From NCBI GenBank assembly GCA_041191465.1, contig JBEEOV010000008.1:148-24147 (forward strand): 24,000 nt of DNA. Reading direction: 5' to 3'. A program made the position numbers and the translations under genes. This document shows, piece after piece, positions 1 through 8,677 of the stretch. A model generated the notes under the pieces. The model searched no databases, was not told the origin of the DNA, and saw only the letters and a program-made list of their open reading frames with translations. Source of the DNA: Pseudomonadota bacterium (GTDB lineage Bacteria; Pseudomonadota; Gammaproteobacteria; Burkholderiales; Burkholderiaceae). Every line of letters starts with the position of its first letter. Position 1 is the first letter of the stretch.

Positions 1-618
1 CTTATCAGTCATTTGACCCTTATCTAAAGCTACCATTGCTTTAGAAAACTCGGGAACTAATGCTTGTGGGTTCATCCAGTTCAAATCGCCGCCATTAACA
101 GCTGAACCTGGATCTTTAGAGTTGGCTTTCGCCAAATCTTCAAACTTCTCACCAGCTTTGATTTTGGCAATCAAAGATTTAGCATCAGCTTCTTTTTCTA
201 CAAGAATATGCTTGACCTTATATTCTTTGCCAGAGAATTGGCCTTTAACTTGTTCATAAGCAGACTTTAGTTCTGCCTCTGTAACACCTTCACGTTGAAT
301 GTAGTCTTCAAAAACTGCACCAACTAAAATATTTAAACGGGCTTGTTCCAATTGTTCTTGGATACCATCATTGTTGATAACGCCGCGTTTGATTGCTTCT
401 TGATTGATTAATTCACGTGTAATCAACATATCGCGGGCGCGATCACGCAACTCTGGGTTATTGGCTACTTGACCAGCGCTTGCTAACATCTTGTCTAGCT
501 TAGCTTTGGGAATCGCTTTGCCGTTCACAACGGCTGCATTTTGTGCCATTACTGGTGTTGCAAGAGTAGCTGTCAAAGCTACAGAAACTGCCAAAGTAGA
601 GAGTAATTTCATATTCAT
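1..618 (-). CDS. PpiC/parvulin-type peptidyl-prolyl cis-trans isomerase, N-terminal 206 codons. The gene runs off the left edge of the window.
   Basis: My own translation of the minus strand in the frame ending at nt 1 gives MNMKLLSTLAVSVALTATLATPVMAQNAAVVNGK..., a Sec-type signal peptide. It continues ...KVKHILVEKEADAKSLIAKIKAGEKFEDLAKANSKDPGSAVNGGDLNWMNPQALVPEFSKAM, a parvulin signature. There is no stop codon down to nt 1. The ATG is at 618, with an alternative at 612. The ORF is absent from the track because it is truncated by the window edge. Confidence 0.8.
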   Translation of the reverse strand, partial: MNMKLLSTLAVSVALTATLATPVMAQNAAVVNGKAIPKAKLDKMLASAGQVANNPELRDRARDMLITRELINQEAIKRGVINNDGIQEQLEQARLNILVGAVFEDYIQREGVTEAELKSAYEQVKGQFSGKEYKVKHILVEKEADAKSLIAKIKAGEKFEDLAKANSKDPGSAVNGGDLNWMNPQALVPEFSKAMVALDKGQMTDK

Positions 619-621
619 CAA

Positions 622-879
622 TCAGTTAGTAATAATTGCTAAAGCATGGATTTCATGAGGCATCCAAGCCGACAGAGCATCATACACCAGGCGGTGTTTT
701 TGGACCCTATTTAAGTCTTTGAATGCAGGGGAGTGGATGTGGATTCGGTAATGACCTGCACCGCCTTGAGCACCTGCATGACCAGCATGTAGGTGACTTT
801 CATCTTCGATGACAAGGCTATCAACTTGAATAGCACTTCTCAAAGCTTCTTCAAATTTGGCAATTCTGTTTTGTGACAT
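622..879 (-). CDS. BolA family protein
   Basis: 85 aa with an ATG start. It has a BolA-like core (HYRIHIHSPAF...RVQKHRLVYDAL). It sits directly downstream of yciB, as in many proteobacteria. Confidence 0.85.
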   Translation of the reverse strand: MSQNRIAKFEEALRSAIQVDSLVIEDESHLHAGHAGAQGGAGHYRIHIHSPAFKDLNRVQKHRLVYDALSAWMPHEIHALAIITN

Positions 880-900
880 GTCAAATTAATCTATTAAAGG

Positions 901-1449
901 TTATTTGTGGTCGTTAACAATGAATTTATTCAACCAGATGCCCTGGGCAATCACAAAAGCTAACATCAAACCCATGCCTCCAAATAACTTGAAATTAACC
1001 CATGTAGCCTCATCAAATTGGTAGGCGACTAACAAATTCAAAATACCCATGATGAGAAAGAATACAACCCAGGCAAGATTGAGTTGTTGCCACAAATGAT
1101 GACCAACACCTGGTTTTAAGGTTAATTGATGTGCCATAGCAGCTTGTATCAGGTTCTTTTTCCAAAAAGTGGCACTGGCCCACAAGCCAATTGAGAATAG
1201 CCAATAGAGGATGCTTGGTTTCCATTGAATGAATGTTTTGTCTTGTAGACCAATTGTTAAACCGCCAAAAACCATGATTAGCGCCAAACTAGCCCATTGC
1301 ATCGGCTCCACTTTTTTATATTTCAAGGCAACCCAAATGATTTGTGCAACTGTCGCAGCCATAGCTACGCCAGTAGCCACATAGATATCTGCCATTTTGA
1401 AGGCGATGAAAAACAATATAACTGGCAGTAAATCAAAAAGAAATTTCAT
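901..1449 (-). CDS. yciB: Septation protein A (intracellular septation protein IspZ/YciB)
   Basis: 182 aa polytopic membrane protein. It has the typical N-terminus MKFLFDLLPVILFFIAFK and the YciB length and hydropathy pattern. Confidence 0.85.
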   Translation of the reverse strand: MKFLFDLLPVILFFIAFKMADIYVATGVAMAATVAQIIWVALKYKKVEPMQWASLALIMVFGGLTIGLQDKTFIQWKPSILYWLFSIGLWASATFWKKNLIQAAMAHQLTLKPGVGHHLWQQLNLAWVVFFLIMGILNLLVAYQFDEATWVNFKLFGGMGLMLAFVIAQGIWLNKFIVNDHK

Positions 1450-1464
1450 GAGGAATTTAATTAT

Positions 1465-1851
1465 TTATGAATCAGAGTTGAATTTTAACGAAGCTGAGTT
1501 GATGCAGTACCTTAATCCAGTCGGAGCAGGGCCATCCTCAAAAACATGTCCTAGATGAGCGTCGCAGTTTTTACAGCGTACTTCAGTACGGATCATGCCA
1601 TGGCTAGCATCTTTATATTCAGCAATATGACTTGCCTGAATCGGTTGAAAGTAACTCGGCCAACCACATCCCGCATCAAATTTGGTATCTGAGGCAAATA
1701 GTGGAGTACCACAACAAACACATTGATATTGCCCATCTTGCCAGTGATCCCAGTATTTGCCACTAAATGGATATTCCGTGGCCGCTTTACGTGTGACACG
1801 ATATTCAATGTCACTTAGTACTTCTTTGTATTCTTGATCGGTTTTTTTCAT
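1465..1851 (-). CDS. msrB: Peptide-methionine (R)-S-oxide reductase MsrB
   Basis: Two zinc CxxC pairs (CVCCGTPLF and [10 protein letters not shown]) and the catalytic RYCINSASL motif. The track ORF begins at a TTG at 1872 that overlaps the selO stop. The first ATG (1851, MKKTDQEY...) gives an E. coli-like length, so it is preferred. Confidence 0.9.
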   Translation of the reverse strand: MKKTDQEYKEVLSDIEYRVTRKAATEYPFSGKYWDHWQDGQYQCVCCGTPLFASDTKFDAGCGWPSYFQPIQASHIAEYKDASHGMIRTEVRCKNCDAHLGHVFEDGPAPTGLRYCINSASLKFNSDS

Positions 1852-1859
1852 GGTGAGCG

Positions 1860-3305
1860 CTATGATGAACAACTAATAGGGATTGCAGGCAACTCTGGAG
1901 AGGGACCTGCAGCATAAGAGTCAGAAATTGCTTGAGAAGTGAAGGGGGTCTCTAATACTTTGAGTAATCGAGCGACTTCTGAAAAATCCTTCTTTTGTGC
2001 CAATTCAATAGCATGCTGAGCCAAGTGATTGCGTAAGATATATTTTGGATTAATCGCCAGCATATTTTCTAGGCGTTCATCAGTAGATTCCTTTTCAACA
2101 CTTAGACGTACTTTGTAGGACTCATACCAATGATTCATGGATGATGGCACCCCCAATCCTTCAGATAAATTTCTAAAAAATTGCGTGAAATCTACTTTGT
2201 CTCGGTGCAGTGTTTGCATCAGTTCTTCTAGTAAAGTTAAGTCATGCTCGTGATCAGTCGCTAAGCCTAGTTTCCTTCTGAATAGAGTTTGCCAAGTTTG
2301 CGCATATGCTCTGTTGTAGTTATTTAGTGTATTTTTGATGTGTTCAATCGCCTCATCGCCATCAATACCATGAACTCTTTTAAGTTCATCTTGTAATGGT
2401 TGCAACATAGCGCTAGCTAAGCAATATATATTCCAATGCAAGACCTCTGGTTGACGATGGTATGAGTAGCGACCACCATGGTCTGAGTGGTTACAGATAT
2501 GATCTGCTTGAAATTGATCTAAGAATCCAAATGGTCCGTAATCAAGAGTTAGGCCAAGCAGACTAGTATTGTCCGTATTGAGTACCCCATGACAAAACCC
2601 AAAAGACTGCCACTGAGCAACCATTCTTGCTGTTCTTAATGAAATTTGATCTAGCAGTGTTAAGTAGGGTGTTGCACTGTTATGACACGCTGGATAGTGA
2701 TGCTGGATCAAGTAATCCAATGTGGCGGATAGTTCAAGCCACATTTGGTTATGGCCATAGTGTTCTATGTGACCAATTCGTAAAAAGCTTGGGGCAACCC
2801 TTGTGCATACTGCAGCAGTTTCTGCGGTTTCACGTACAACGGTCATATCTGAACCAACCACTGCCAATGCCCTAGAGGTAGGAACTCCTAAGTAGTGCAT
2901 CGCTTCACTGCACAAAAACTCTCTGATAGATGACCTTAGTACTGCTCGACCATCTCCCATTCTAGAGTAGGCAGTTTTACCAGCACCTTTTAATTGAACC
3001 TCTTGATTAGTAATATCGCCCAAATAAATGGCGCGACCATCTCCCAATTGACCTGCCCAAGATCCAAATTGGTGTCCGCTATAAGCGGTGGCATAGGTTT
3101 TAAAAGATTGTTTACCAATGTGAGACTGATTGCCTGCTAACAGATTCAAATAATCTGGATTACTAGGTAAACCATTCAAGACTTCAATACCCAATAAATC
3201 TGCTGTTCGATTTGAAAATCCAACCCAATAAGGATTGGGAATCGGAGTCGGACTGATTTCTTGGACAAGGCTGAGATTATCGGTAAACGGAAGGTGAAAT
3301 GCCAT
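1860..3305 (-). CDS. selO: Protein adenylyltransferase SelO (YdiU/UPF0061 pseudokinase-fold AMPylase)
   Basis: 481 aa. Family motifs are present: [31 protein letters not shown] and LDYGPFGF. The C-terminus ...PISCSS places a Cys at the antepenultimate position. Confidence 0.9.
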   Translation of the reverse strand: MAFHLPFTDNLSLVQEISPTPIPNPYWVGFSNRTADLLGIEVLNGLPSNPDYLNLLAGNQSHIGKQSFKTYATAYSGHQFGSWAGQLGDGRAIYLGDITNQEVQLKGAGKTAYSRMGDGRAVLRSSIREFLCSEAMHYLGVPTSRALAVVGSDMTVVRETAETAAVCTRVAPSFLRIGHIEHYGHNQMWLELSATLDYLIQHHYPACHNSATPYLTLLDQISLRTARMVAQWQSFGFCHGVLNTDNTSLLGLTLDYGPFGFLDQFQADHICNHSDHGGRYSYHRQPEVLHWNIYCLASAMLQPLQDELKRVHGIDGDEAIEHIKNTLNNYNRAYAQTWQTLFRRKLGLATDHEHDLTLLEELMQTLHRDKVDFTQFFRNLSEGLGVPSSMNHWYESYKVRLSVEKESTDERLENMLAINPKYILRNHLAQHAIELAQKKDFSEVARLLKVLETPFTSQAISDSYAAGPSPELPAIPISCSS

Positions 3306-3396
3306 AAATTTATATATTAAGTATGACCTTATTCTAGGTTGCTTAGCGAATATTTGCAGAAAACCTCTGTATGACAGCTATAACCACGATTAAGAT

Positions 3397-3840
3397 ATGG
3401 CTATGGATAAAAAACAATTAAAAGACCTTGGTATTGAATTAGATGTACCTTTCCTAAAGTTGTTGGGAGTTCGTTGTTTGCGCGCAGAATTAGGCGAAGG
3501 TGAAGTGGTTCTGGCGTTAAAACCTGAACACAACAATAGTTGGGAGGTTGCGCATGGCGGCGTTCTATTAACTTTAATGGATGTGGGTATGGCTGTTGCA
3601 GCACGAGCTGCTGACGAGGCTGGTCGAGGTGTGGTTACGATCGAGTTAAAGGCTAACTTTATGCAAGCGGCAGAAGGTATTGTGAGGGTGGCAGCAAAAA
3701 CTGTTCATGCGACACCAACCTTAGTATTTGTTGAGGCAAAACTGTACGATGAGCGGGACAGAGTTTGTTGCATGGGTAGCGCAACATTTAAGTATTTTAA
3801 AGAGCTACCAGCTAGGCAATCTAAAAAAGTTAAGCCTTAG
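3397..3840 (+). CDS. PaaI-family (hotdog-fold) acyl-CoA thioesterase
   Basis: 147 aa. It has the pattern typical of PaaI/YigI-type thioesterases: N-terminal ...PFLKLLGV... followed by VAHGGVLLTLMDVGMAVA. Confidence 0.75.
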   Translation: MAMDKKQLKDLGIELDVPFLKLLGVRCLRAELGEGEVVLALKPEHNNSWEVAHGGVLLTLMDVGMAVAARAADEAGRGVVTIELKANFMQAAEGIVRVAAKTVHATPTLVFVEAKLYDERDRVCCMGSATFKYFKELPARQSKKVKP

Positions 3841-4678
3841 CGTCATGGAAGTTTTCCAATTGACCCTCAAAAACTTGTATACCTAATTCTTTTTCCGCAT
3901 TAAAGAGTTTTTCTATCACTTCGTAGCGACCATCTTTTCTGATTCTGATAAGGGATGTTGACCTAGTGCCGTAATTAGGTGTCCTAATAAATGCAGAGGA
4001 GAGTACTTTTTCCCATTCATAAGATACCCCAGTTTGAGGTAAGTAATCATCGGGGGCTTGGGTCAGATCTTCCATAGCCCTCAGGTAGTGTTCTGAGCGC
4101 TTAAACTGACCTGTATCCATGGCTAATAACTGTGCGAATGCACCCACTCGATGTTGAACTTTAGGCCAGGGTGTATCGAGCATACCGTTGGATAAGCCAT
4201 AAATACCTGGATTTAATCGTTGTGGATTCATGACTTTTCTGGGTCTTAAATTTTTCCCCATCAGCACTCGATTGCTCAGCCAAACCAATGCAGGATTTTT
4301 ATTGGACAGATCTGTTGCTAGCAAATTAAAACCGTTGTAGCGATTAAATGTATGGCTATGAGTATCAATAAATGTCTCGGGGTTATCTGAAGATTTCAAA
4401 AACTTAGCAGTAATTTCGCCACGAGTTTGCGCATCTGGGTTTTTCTCGCTGGGAGCCCTGACATTGGTGATTGCTGCAAAACGACCAGATTTACTAATGC
4501 CCATCCAAGTACCAGATTGGCCCTTCACATCAGCGCGATCACGTCCAGCGAGTATATGTGTATGGTCATCCCACCAATGCATGGGATCAGTGGCGCGCTC
4601 ATAAAACTCATCACGATTAGCAAGCACAACCAGTGGATATTCTGGGTGTGATTGCCAAGAGGTGAGTATTAAACACAT
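3830..4678 (-). CDS. NRDE family protein (DUF833/TANGO2-like)
   Basis: 282 aa. It starts MCLIL... (Cys2) and carries the eponymous motif VVLANRDEFYER. It lies 9 bp downstream of ygfZ on the same strand. Confidence 0.8.
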   Translation of the reverse strand: MCLILTSWQSHPEYPLVVLANRDEFYERATDPMHWWDDHTHILAGRDRADVKGQSGTWMGISKSGRFAAITNVRAPSEKNPDAQTRGEITAKFLKSSDNPETFIDTHSHTFNRYNGFNLLATDLSNKNPALVWLSNRVLMGKNLRPRKVMNPQRLNPGIYGLSNGMLDTPWPKVQHRVGAFAQLLAMDTGQFKRSEHYLRAMEDLTQAPDDYLPQTGVSYEWEKVLSSAFIRTPNYGTRSTSLIRIRKDGRYEVIEKLFNAEKELGIQVFEGQLENFHDAKA

Positions 4679-4687
4679 ATAGTGAGT

Positions 4688-5686
4688 TTATATTTCAATT
4701 AATGGGTAAGGCAAAGTTACAAATTGAATGACTGGTCCATTCGCAGATCCCAAGTGAATAGATCCACTCTCCAAAGCCTCTAATTTACATTCAGCTTGAA
4801 TATCGATACGTTGATTAATGCTAGGGTGTGGTGCGCTAAGGACTACCATGCCACATGGTTGTGATGGATCTTCGCTATGAAAAATCTCCGTACCAATTGC
4901 AACATCAGTATTGATATTTAGGTGACCGATTTGCAGTCGACGTTTAATTGTGCCTCGGTACTGGCTTCTAGCAACGACCTCTTGCCCTGGGTAACAGCCT
5001 TTTTGAAAATCAATCCCTTTAAGAGATTCCATATTTATCATCTGAGGCACAAACTGCTCAAAAGTTGATTCTGTAATTCTCGGAATACCACTCTGTACCT
5101 CTAACCAATTCCAATCATTAATAGATGATTTTGTGTTGTCATTACTGATATCTTGTATCGATGCCTCTTGTGCTCTAGGGCAACTGAGTAGGTAACGTCG
5201 GCAATCGTTGCCATTTGATCGAACTGATGGCAATTCAGACACAACAACACCGATAGAGCTCAGTTTTTCTAACAATGCCAACTGGGAGTTGTTTTGATCT
5301 AGCAGGCCATACACAATGTGCTGACCGGTCTGATCAATCACTTTTACTTTAGATCTCAATACAAACATAGAGAGACGTTTACTCAAAGACTGCGCCAAGT
5401 CTGAAGAGATTAGTAATTGATACTGTGGAACGTCTTCATTCAGCTCATTTTTAATGTTTTGACGCGTAATCCAAAAGCTAGCCATTAGGCGACCTTTGGC
5501 AGAGCAGTAGCCTGCAAAACGATTTTGAGTATGCGTAGTAGCGACCATACCAGCAGTAATTGGTTGAATTGATTTAACGCTATTGGTCAGTTGGTTTTGA
5601 AGAAAATCAGTGGCATCTGGACCAGTCACCGTGATGACGGACCAATTATTCAACTGGGCAATGGTTGGGGCAGTAGTTTGTGACAT
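4688..5686 (-). CDS. ygfZ: Folate-binding protein YgfZ (CAF17 family, Fe-S cluster and tRNA-modification associated)
   Basis: 332 aa. It has the signature KGCYPGQEVVARSQYRG near the C-terminal third. Confidence 0.8.
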   Translation of the reverse strand: MSQTTAPTIAQLNNWSVITVTGPDATDFLQNQLTNSVKSIQPITAGMVATTHTQNRFAGYCSAKGRLMASFWITRQNIKNELNEDVPQYQLLISSDLAQSLSKRLSMFVLRSKVKVIDQTGQHIVYGLLDQNNSQLALLEKLSSIGVVVSELPSVRSNGNDCRRYLLSCPRAQEASIQDISNDNTKSSINDWNWLEVQSGIPRITESTFEQFVPQMINMESLKGIDFQKGCYPGQEVVARSQYRGTIKRRLQIGHLNINTDVAIGTEIFHSEDPSQPCGMVVLSAPHPSINQRIDIQAECKLEALESGSIHLGSANGPVIQFVTLPYPLIEI

Positions 5687-5735
5687 GGCTATTTAAATTT
5701 CTAAATATTTATAAATATGCTTTTATCATAGACGG
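5687..5735. promoter_or_regulatory. Divergent ygfZ/mltG promoter region containing a 14-bp perfect palindrome, ATATTTATAAATAT (5705-5718)
   Basis: This is the only non-coding DNA between two divergently transcribed genes. It is very AT-rich, and the palindrome contains TATAAA-type -10-like hexamers on both strands. Confidence 0.3.
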
Positions 5736-6782
5736 ATGAACAATGTTTTTACATCAATTTTTTCTAGACCTGTATTCAAGGTTATATCCCTAATATTTTT
5801 AGGTCTCTTCGTTAGTTTTATTTACCTTGGTTTTGTTGCATCAGTTGTACCCAATAAGGGCGCTTCATTGACGCCGGCGGGACAATTAAGAGTTAAGGTT
5901 TTGCCTGGATCCAATGTGGCAAGCACGGCAAAACAGCTTGCCTCTCAAGGAGTCAATGTTTCGAACATCACTATGCAGATAGTGGCGCGTGGGTTATTTC
6001 AGGGAAAGAAGCTAAAAGCAGGGGTTTATGACTTTGCTCCAGGCTCAAGTTTGGCCACAATTCTTTTTAAGATGGGGCGAGGGGACAGTATTAAGTTGAG
6101 TGTTACCTTGGTTGAAGGGTGGACATTTAAACAATTTAAATCTGCGATTGATTCGCAACCAGACTTAAGGAAGGAAACCAAGGGTCTTTCTGCTAAACAC
6201 ATTTTGGCTAAATTGGACGCAAAGGAAGCTCATCCAGAAGGATTGTTTTTTCCAGATACTTATGTCTATGAACCAGGTGACAGTGATTTAATGATTTATC
6301 AAAAAGCCTACAAATCCATGCGTACCAGGTTAAATGATGCATGGTTGGCAAGATCTAGTGATTCACCAGTTAAGACACCATATGATTTGCTTAAGTTAGC
6401 ATCGATTGTGGAGAAGGAAACAGGTCATCCAAATGATCGCGGTCTTGTATCCGCTGTATTTAATAATCGCTTAAAGCTGGGTATGAAGCTTCAAACAGAC
6501 CCAACTATCATTTATGGCTTAGGTGATCTGTTTGATGGAAATATTAGAAAAAAAGATCTTTTAAAAGATGGTCCATACAATACCTATACTCGTTATGGTT
6601 TACCACCTACGCCGATTGCCATGCCAGGTAAGGATGCATTGATTGCTGCTGCCAATCCGTCTAACTCTAAAGCTCTCTATTTTGTCGCGAAGGGGGATGG
6701 TAGGAGTGCATTTTCTGAGTCGTTGGTAGCGCATAATGAGGCTGTGAAAAAATACCAGCTTAATAACGCCTCATCTAAATAA
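5736..6782 (+). CDS. mltG: Endolytic murein transglycosylase MltG (YceG-like)
   Basis: 348 aa. It has an N-terminal TM helix and the catalytic-region motif LASIVEKETG. It lies in the conserved position upstream of tmk-holB. Confidence 0.9.
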   Translation: MNNVFTSIFSRPVFKVISLIFLGLFVSFIYLGFVASVVPNKGASLTPAGQLRVKVLPGSNVASTAKQLASQGVNVSNITMQIVARGLFQGKKLKAGVYDFAPGSSLATILFKMGRGDSIKLSVTLVEGWTFKQFKSAIDSQPDLRKETKGLSAKHILAKLDAKEAHPEGLFFPDTYVYEPGDSDLMIYQKAYKSMRTRLNDAWLARSSDSPVKTPYDLLKLASIVEKETGHPNDRGLVSAVFNNRLKLGMKLQTDPTIIYGLGDLFDGNIRKKDLLKDGPYNTYTRYGLPPTPIAMPGKDALIAAANPSNSKALYFVAKGDGRSAFSESLVAHNEAVKKYQLNNASSK

Positions 6783-6822
6783 CGTTTGTATACCCCCTTA
6801 TTAATATAGATTCTGAATTCAT

Positions 6823-7494
6823 ATGTCTCTAATGACCCAGTCATCCAACCAACCGGGGTTTTTCATCACCTTTGAAGGTATTGATGGTGCCGGCAAAAGT
6901 ACTCACATTGAAGCTTTTGCAGCTGAATTAGCAAAAAAATATCCCCATAAAGAGGTGGTTTTGACTCGTGAGCCGGGCGGCACTGCCTTGGGTGAAAAAT
7001 TGCGTGACTTATTGCTGCACCATCCAATGCACCTTGAGACTGAAGCGTTACTGATGTTTGCTGCTAGAAGAGAGCATTTGGCAACAGTCATTGAGCCTGC
7101 CTTATCTGCTGGAAAAATCGTCATATCTGACCGATTTACAGACGCTAGCTTTGCCTATCAGGGTGGTGGACGAGGTCTAGATTTGGCAAAACTCTATGAA
7201 TTAGAGGTTTGGGTGCAGATGCGCCTTAAAAACGATGGGGTGGGGCAACGATATCTTTTGCAACCTGACTTAACCTTCTTGTTCGATCTGCCCAGCGAAA
7301 CTGCGCAGGCTCGTAGAAGTGCAGTGCGCGAACCTGACAAATTTGAGCAGCTCAACACTAGTTTTTTTGAGAGCGTGCGCCAAGAGTATTTGCGTAGGGC
7401 TAGCGAAGACCCATCTCGATTTAGATTAATTGATGCTAGCCAAACAAAAGAACAAATCTGGAATTTACTTCAAGAAATATCTATATCTATTTGA
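6823..7494 (+). CDS. tmk: dTMP (thymidylate) kinase
   Basis: 223 aa. It has the P-loop [11 protein letters not shown], the DRF motif ([14 protein letters not shown]) and mltG-tmk-holB synteny. Confidence 0.95.
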   Translation: MSLMTQSSNQPGFFITFEGIDGAGKSTHIEAFAAELAKKYPHKEVVLTREPGGTALGEKLRDLLLHHPMHLETEALLMFAARREHLATVIEPALSAGKIVISDRFTDASFAYQGGGRGLDLAKLYELEVWVQMRLKNDGVGQRYLLQPDLTFLFDLPSETAQARRSAVREPDKFEQLNTSFFESVRQEYLRRASEDPSRFRLIDASQTKEQIWNLLQEISISI

Positions 7495-7552
7495 TTATAT
7501 TTAATATTTTTATCATTAATTTTAACTATAATCATCGATATAATCTAAAGCT

Positions 7553-8659
7553 ATGAAGAATTCTTTACTCCCTTGGTTTGAGCAGTCTTGGTCTGAGATC
7601 AGCTTAAACAATATGCCCCATGCCGTGCTACTGCATGGCCAAACGGGTATCGGGAAGATGGAATTCGCTCTCTATTTGGCTAAGGCTTTGCTATGCGAAT
7701 CGGAACAGGGGCAGAAGCCTTGCTGCTCCTGTGAAGCTTGCCACTGGTTTGACACAGGCAATCATCCTGATTTTTTGGGTATCGTGCCCGAAACAATGAT
7801 TAATAGTTTGCCCCACGAACTGATGGATGGGGCTGATTCTTTGGAAGATAAACCGAAGCGTGGCAAAAAGAAAGCAGATGACGATGCTGAAAAGGCCGAT
7901 AAGAAAGCCAGTTCATTTATTAAAGTTGAGCAAATTAGGGAGGCTTTGGAGGGGATTAATACAGCCCCACACAGAGGTCGCCAAAGAGTTGTTTTAATAA
8001 ATCCTGTTGAAGCGCTACAAGCAGTATCTGCCAACACATTGCTCAAGACTCTTGAGGAACCTCCCGCCAGCACATTATTTATCCTGGTAAGTGATCGTCT
8101 AGACCGTATTTTGCCCACGATCAGATCTCGATGTCGTTTAATCGCTTTACCAAGACCGCATAAAGAACAAGCACTCGCTTGGTTATCTGACCAGGTTCAG
8201 CTTCTTGGTATCAAAAAATCATCAGCTGATATTGATAAGGCCTTGAGTGAGTCCGGTGGATCTGTGATGGATTCCCTTGCCCAGTTACTTGGGGCGGATG
8301 ATGATAGGGGAGATGCCTCTCAGGCAACAGATACTCTCTTGGGTGCTCTTGCGGAAGCGGGCCATGTCAATTGGTTAGCTGTTGCCGAGCAAATCTATAA
8401 AGCACCAATGTCTGATTTATTGATTACCCTAGAGCGGTGGATTTTTGATTTATTAAGTCAACAACAGTCTGGGCAAATACGTTATTACCCATCTAGGCAG
8501 CTTGATATCGAAAAGTGCGCTAAATTGGCAAAGCCTAATAAAGTGGCAAATTTTTGGCGAACTCTCATAGACGCTCGAAGACATGAACTCCATGCTCTTG
8601 CCAACAGAGTTCAAATTGAAGCTTTGCTGATACGCTATCAAGAGCTATACAGAGATTAA
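7553..8659 (+). CDS. holB: DNA polymerase III subunit delta'
   Basis: 368 aa. It has an AAA+ N-terminal domain (LLHGQTGIGK), a Zn module (CCSCEACHWFDTGNHPDF) and the SRC motif (TIRSRC). Confidence 0.9.
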   Translation: MKNSLLPWFEQSWSEISLNNMPHAVLLHGQTGIGKMEFALYLAKALLCESEQGQKPCCSCEACHWFDTGNHPDFLGIVPETMINSLPHELMDGADSLEDKPKRGKKKADDDAEKADKKASSFIKVEQIREALEGINTAPHRGRQRVVLINPVEALQAVSANTLLKTLEEPPASTLFILVSDRLDRILPTIRSRCRLIALPRPHKEQALAWLSDQVQLLGIKKSSADIDKALSESGGSVMDSLAQLLGADDDRGDASQATDTLLGALAEAGHVNWLAVAEQIYKAPMSDLLITLERWIFDLLSQQQSGQIRYYPSRQLDIEKCAKLAKPNKVANFWRTLIDARRHELHALANRVQIEALLIRYQELYRD

Positions 8660-8677
8660 TGAAGGGTAAATGTTGTA

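Noticed and set aside
1852-1872. Longer msrB ORF starting at the TTG at 1872
   Set aside because: It would overlap the selO stop by 13 nt and add a hydrophobic FIIALT extension not seen in MsrB. The ATG at 1851 gives a standard-length protein.
3321-3375. 7-bp direct repeat GTATGAC (3321-3327 and 3369-3375) in the selO/thioesterase divergent spacer
   Set aside because: A single 7-mer repeat in a 91-bp spacer is within chance expectation. It has no dyad symmetry or further copies.
3830-3840. 11-bp convergent 3' overlap of the PaaI thioesterase and the NRDE-family gene, with no terminator
   Set aside because: Short tail-to-tail overlaps are common in compact genomes. Both ORFs have family-typical C-termini, so there is no evidence of a frameshift or fusion.
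7527-7544. Two TATAAT hexamers (7527-7532 and 7539-7544) upstream of holB, as possible promoters
   Set aside because: The whole tmk-holB spacer is extremely AT-rich, so TATAAT matches are expected by chance. The second hexamer is only 8 nt from the ATG. I found no convincing -35 element.
7796-7912. Lys/Asp/Ala-rich segment (..DGADSLEDKPKRGKKKADDDAEKADKKASS..) inserted in HolB between the Zn module and the Walker-B region
   Set aside because: It is in frame, low-complexity and sits at a surface-loop position. To my recollection, Burkholderiales delta' proteins commonly carry a charged linker there. I saw no repeat boundaries or signs of a foreign insertion.
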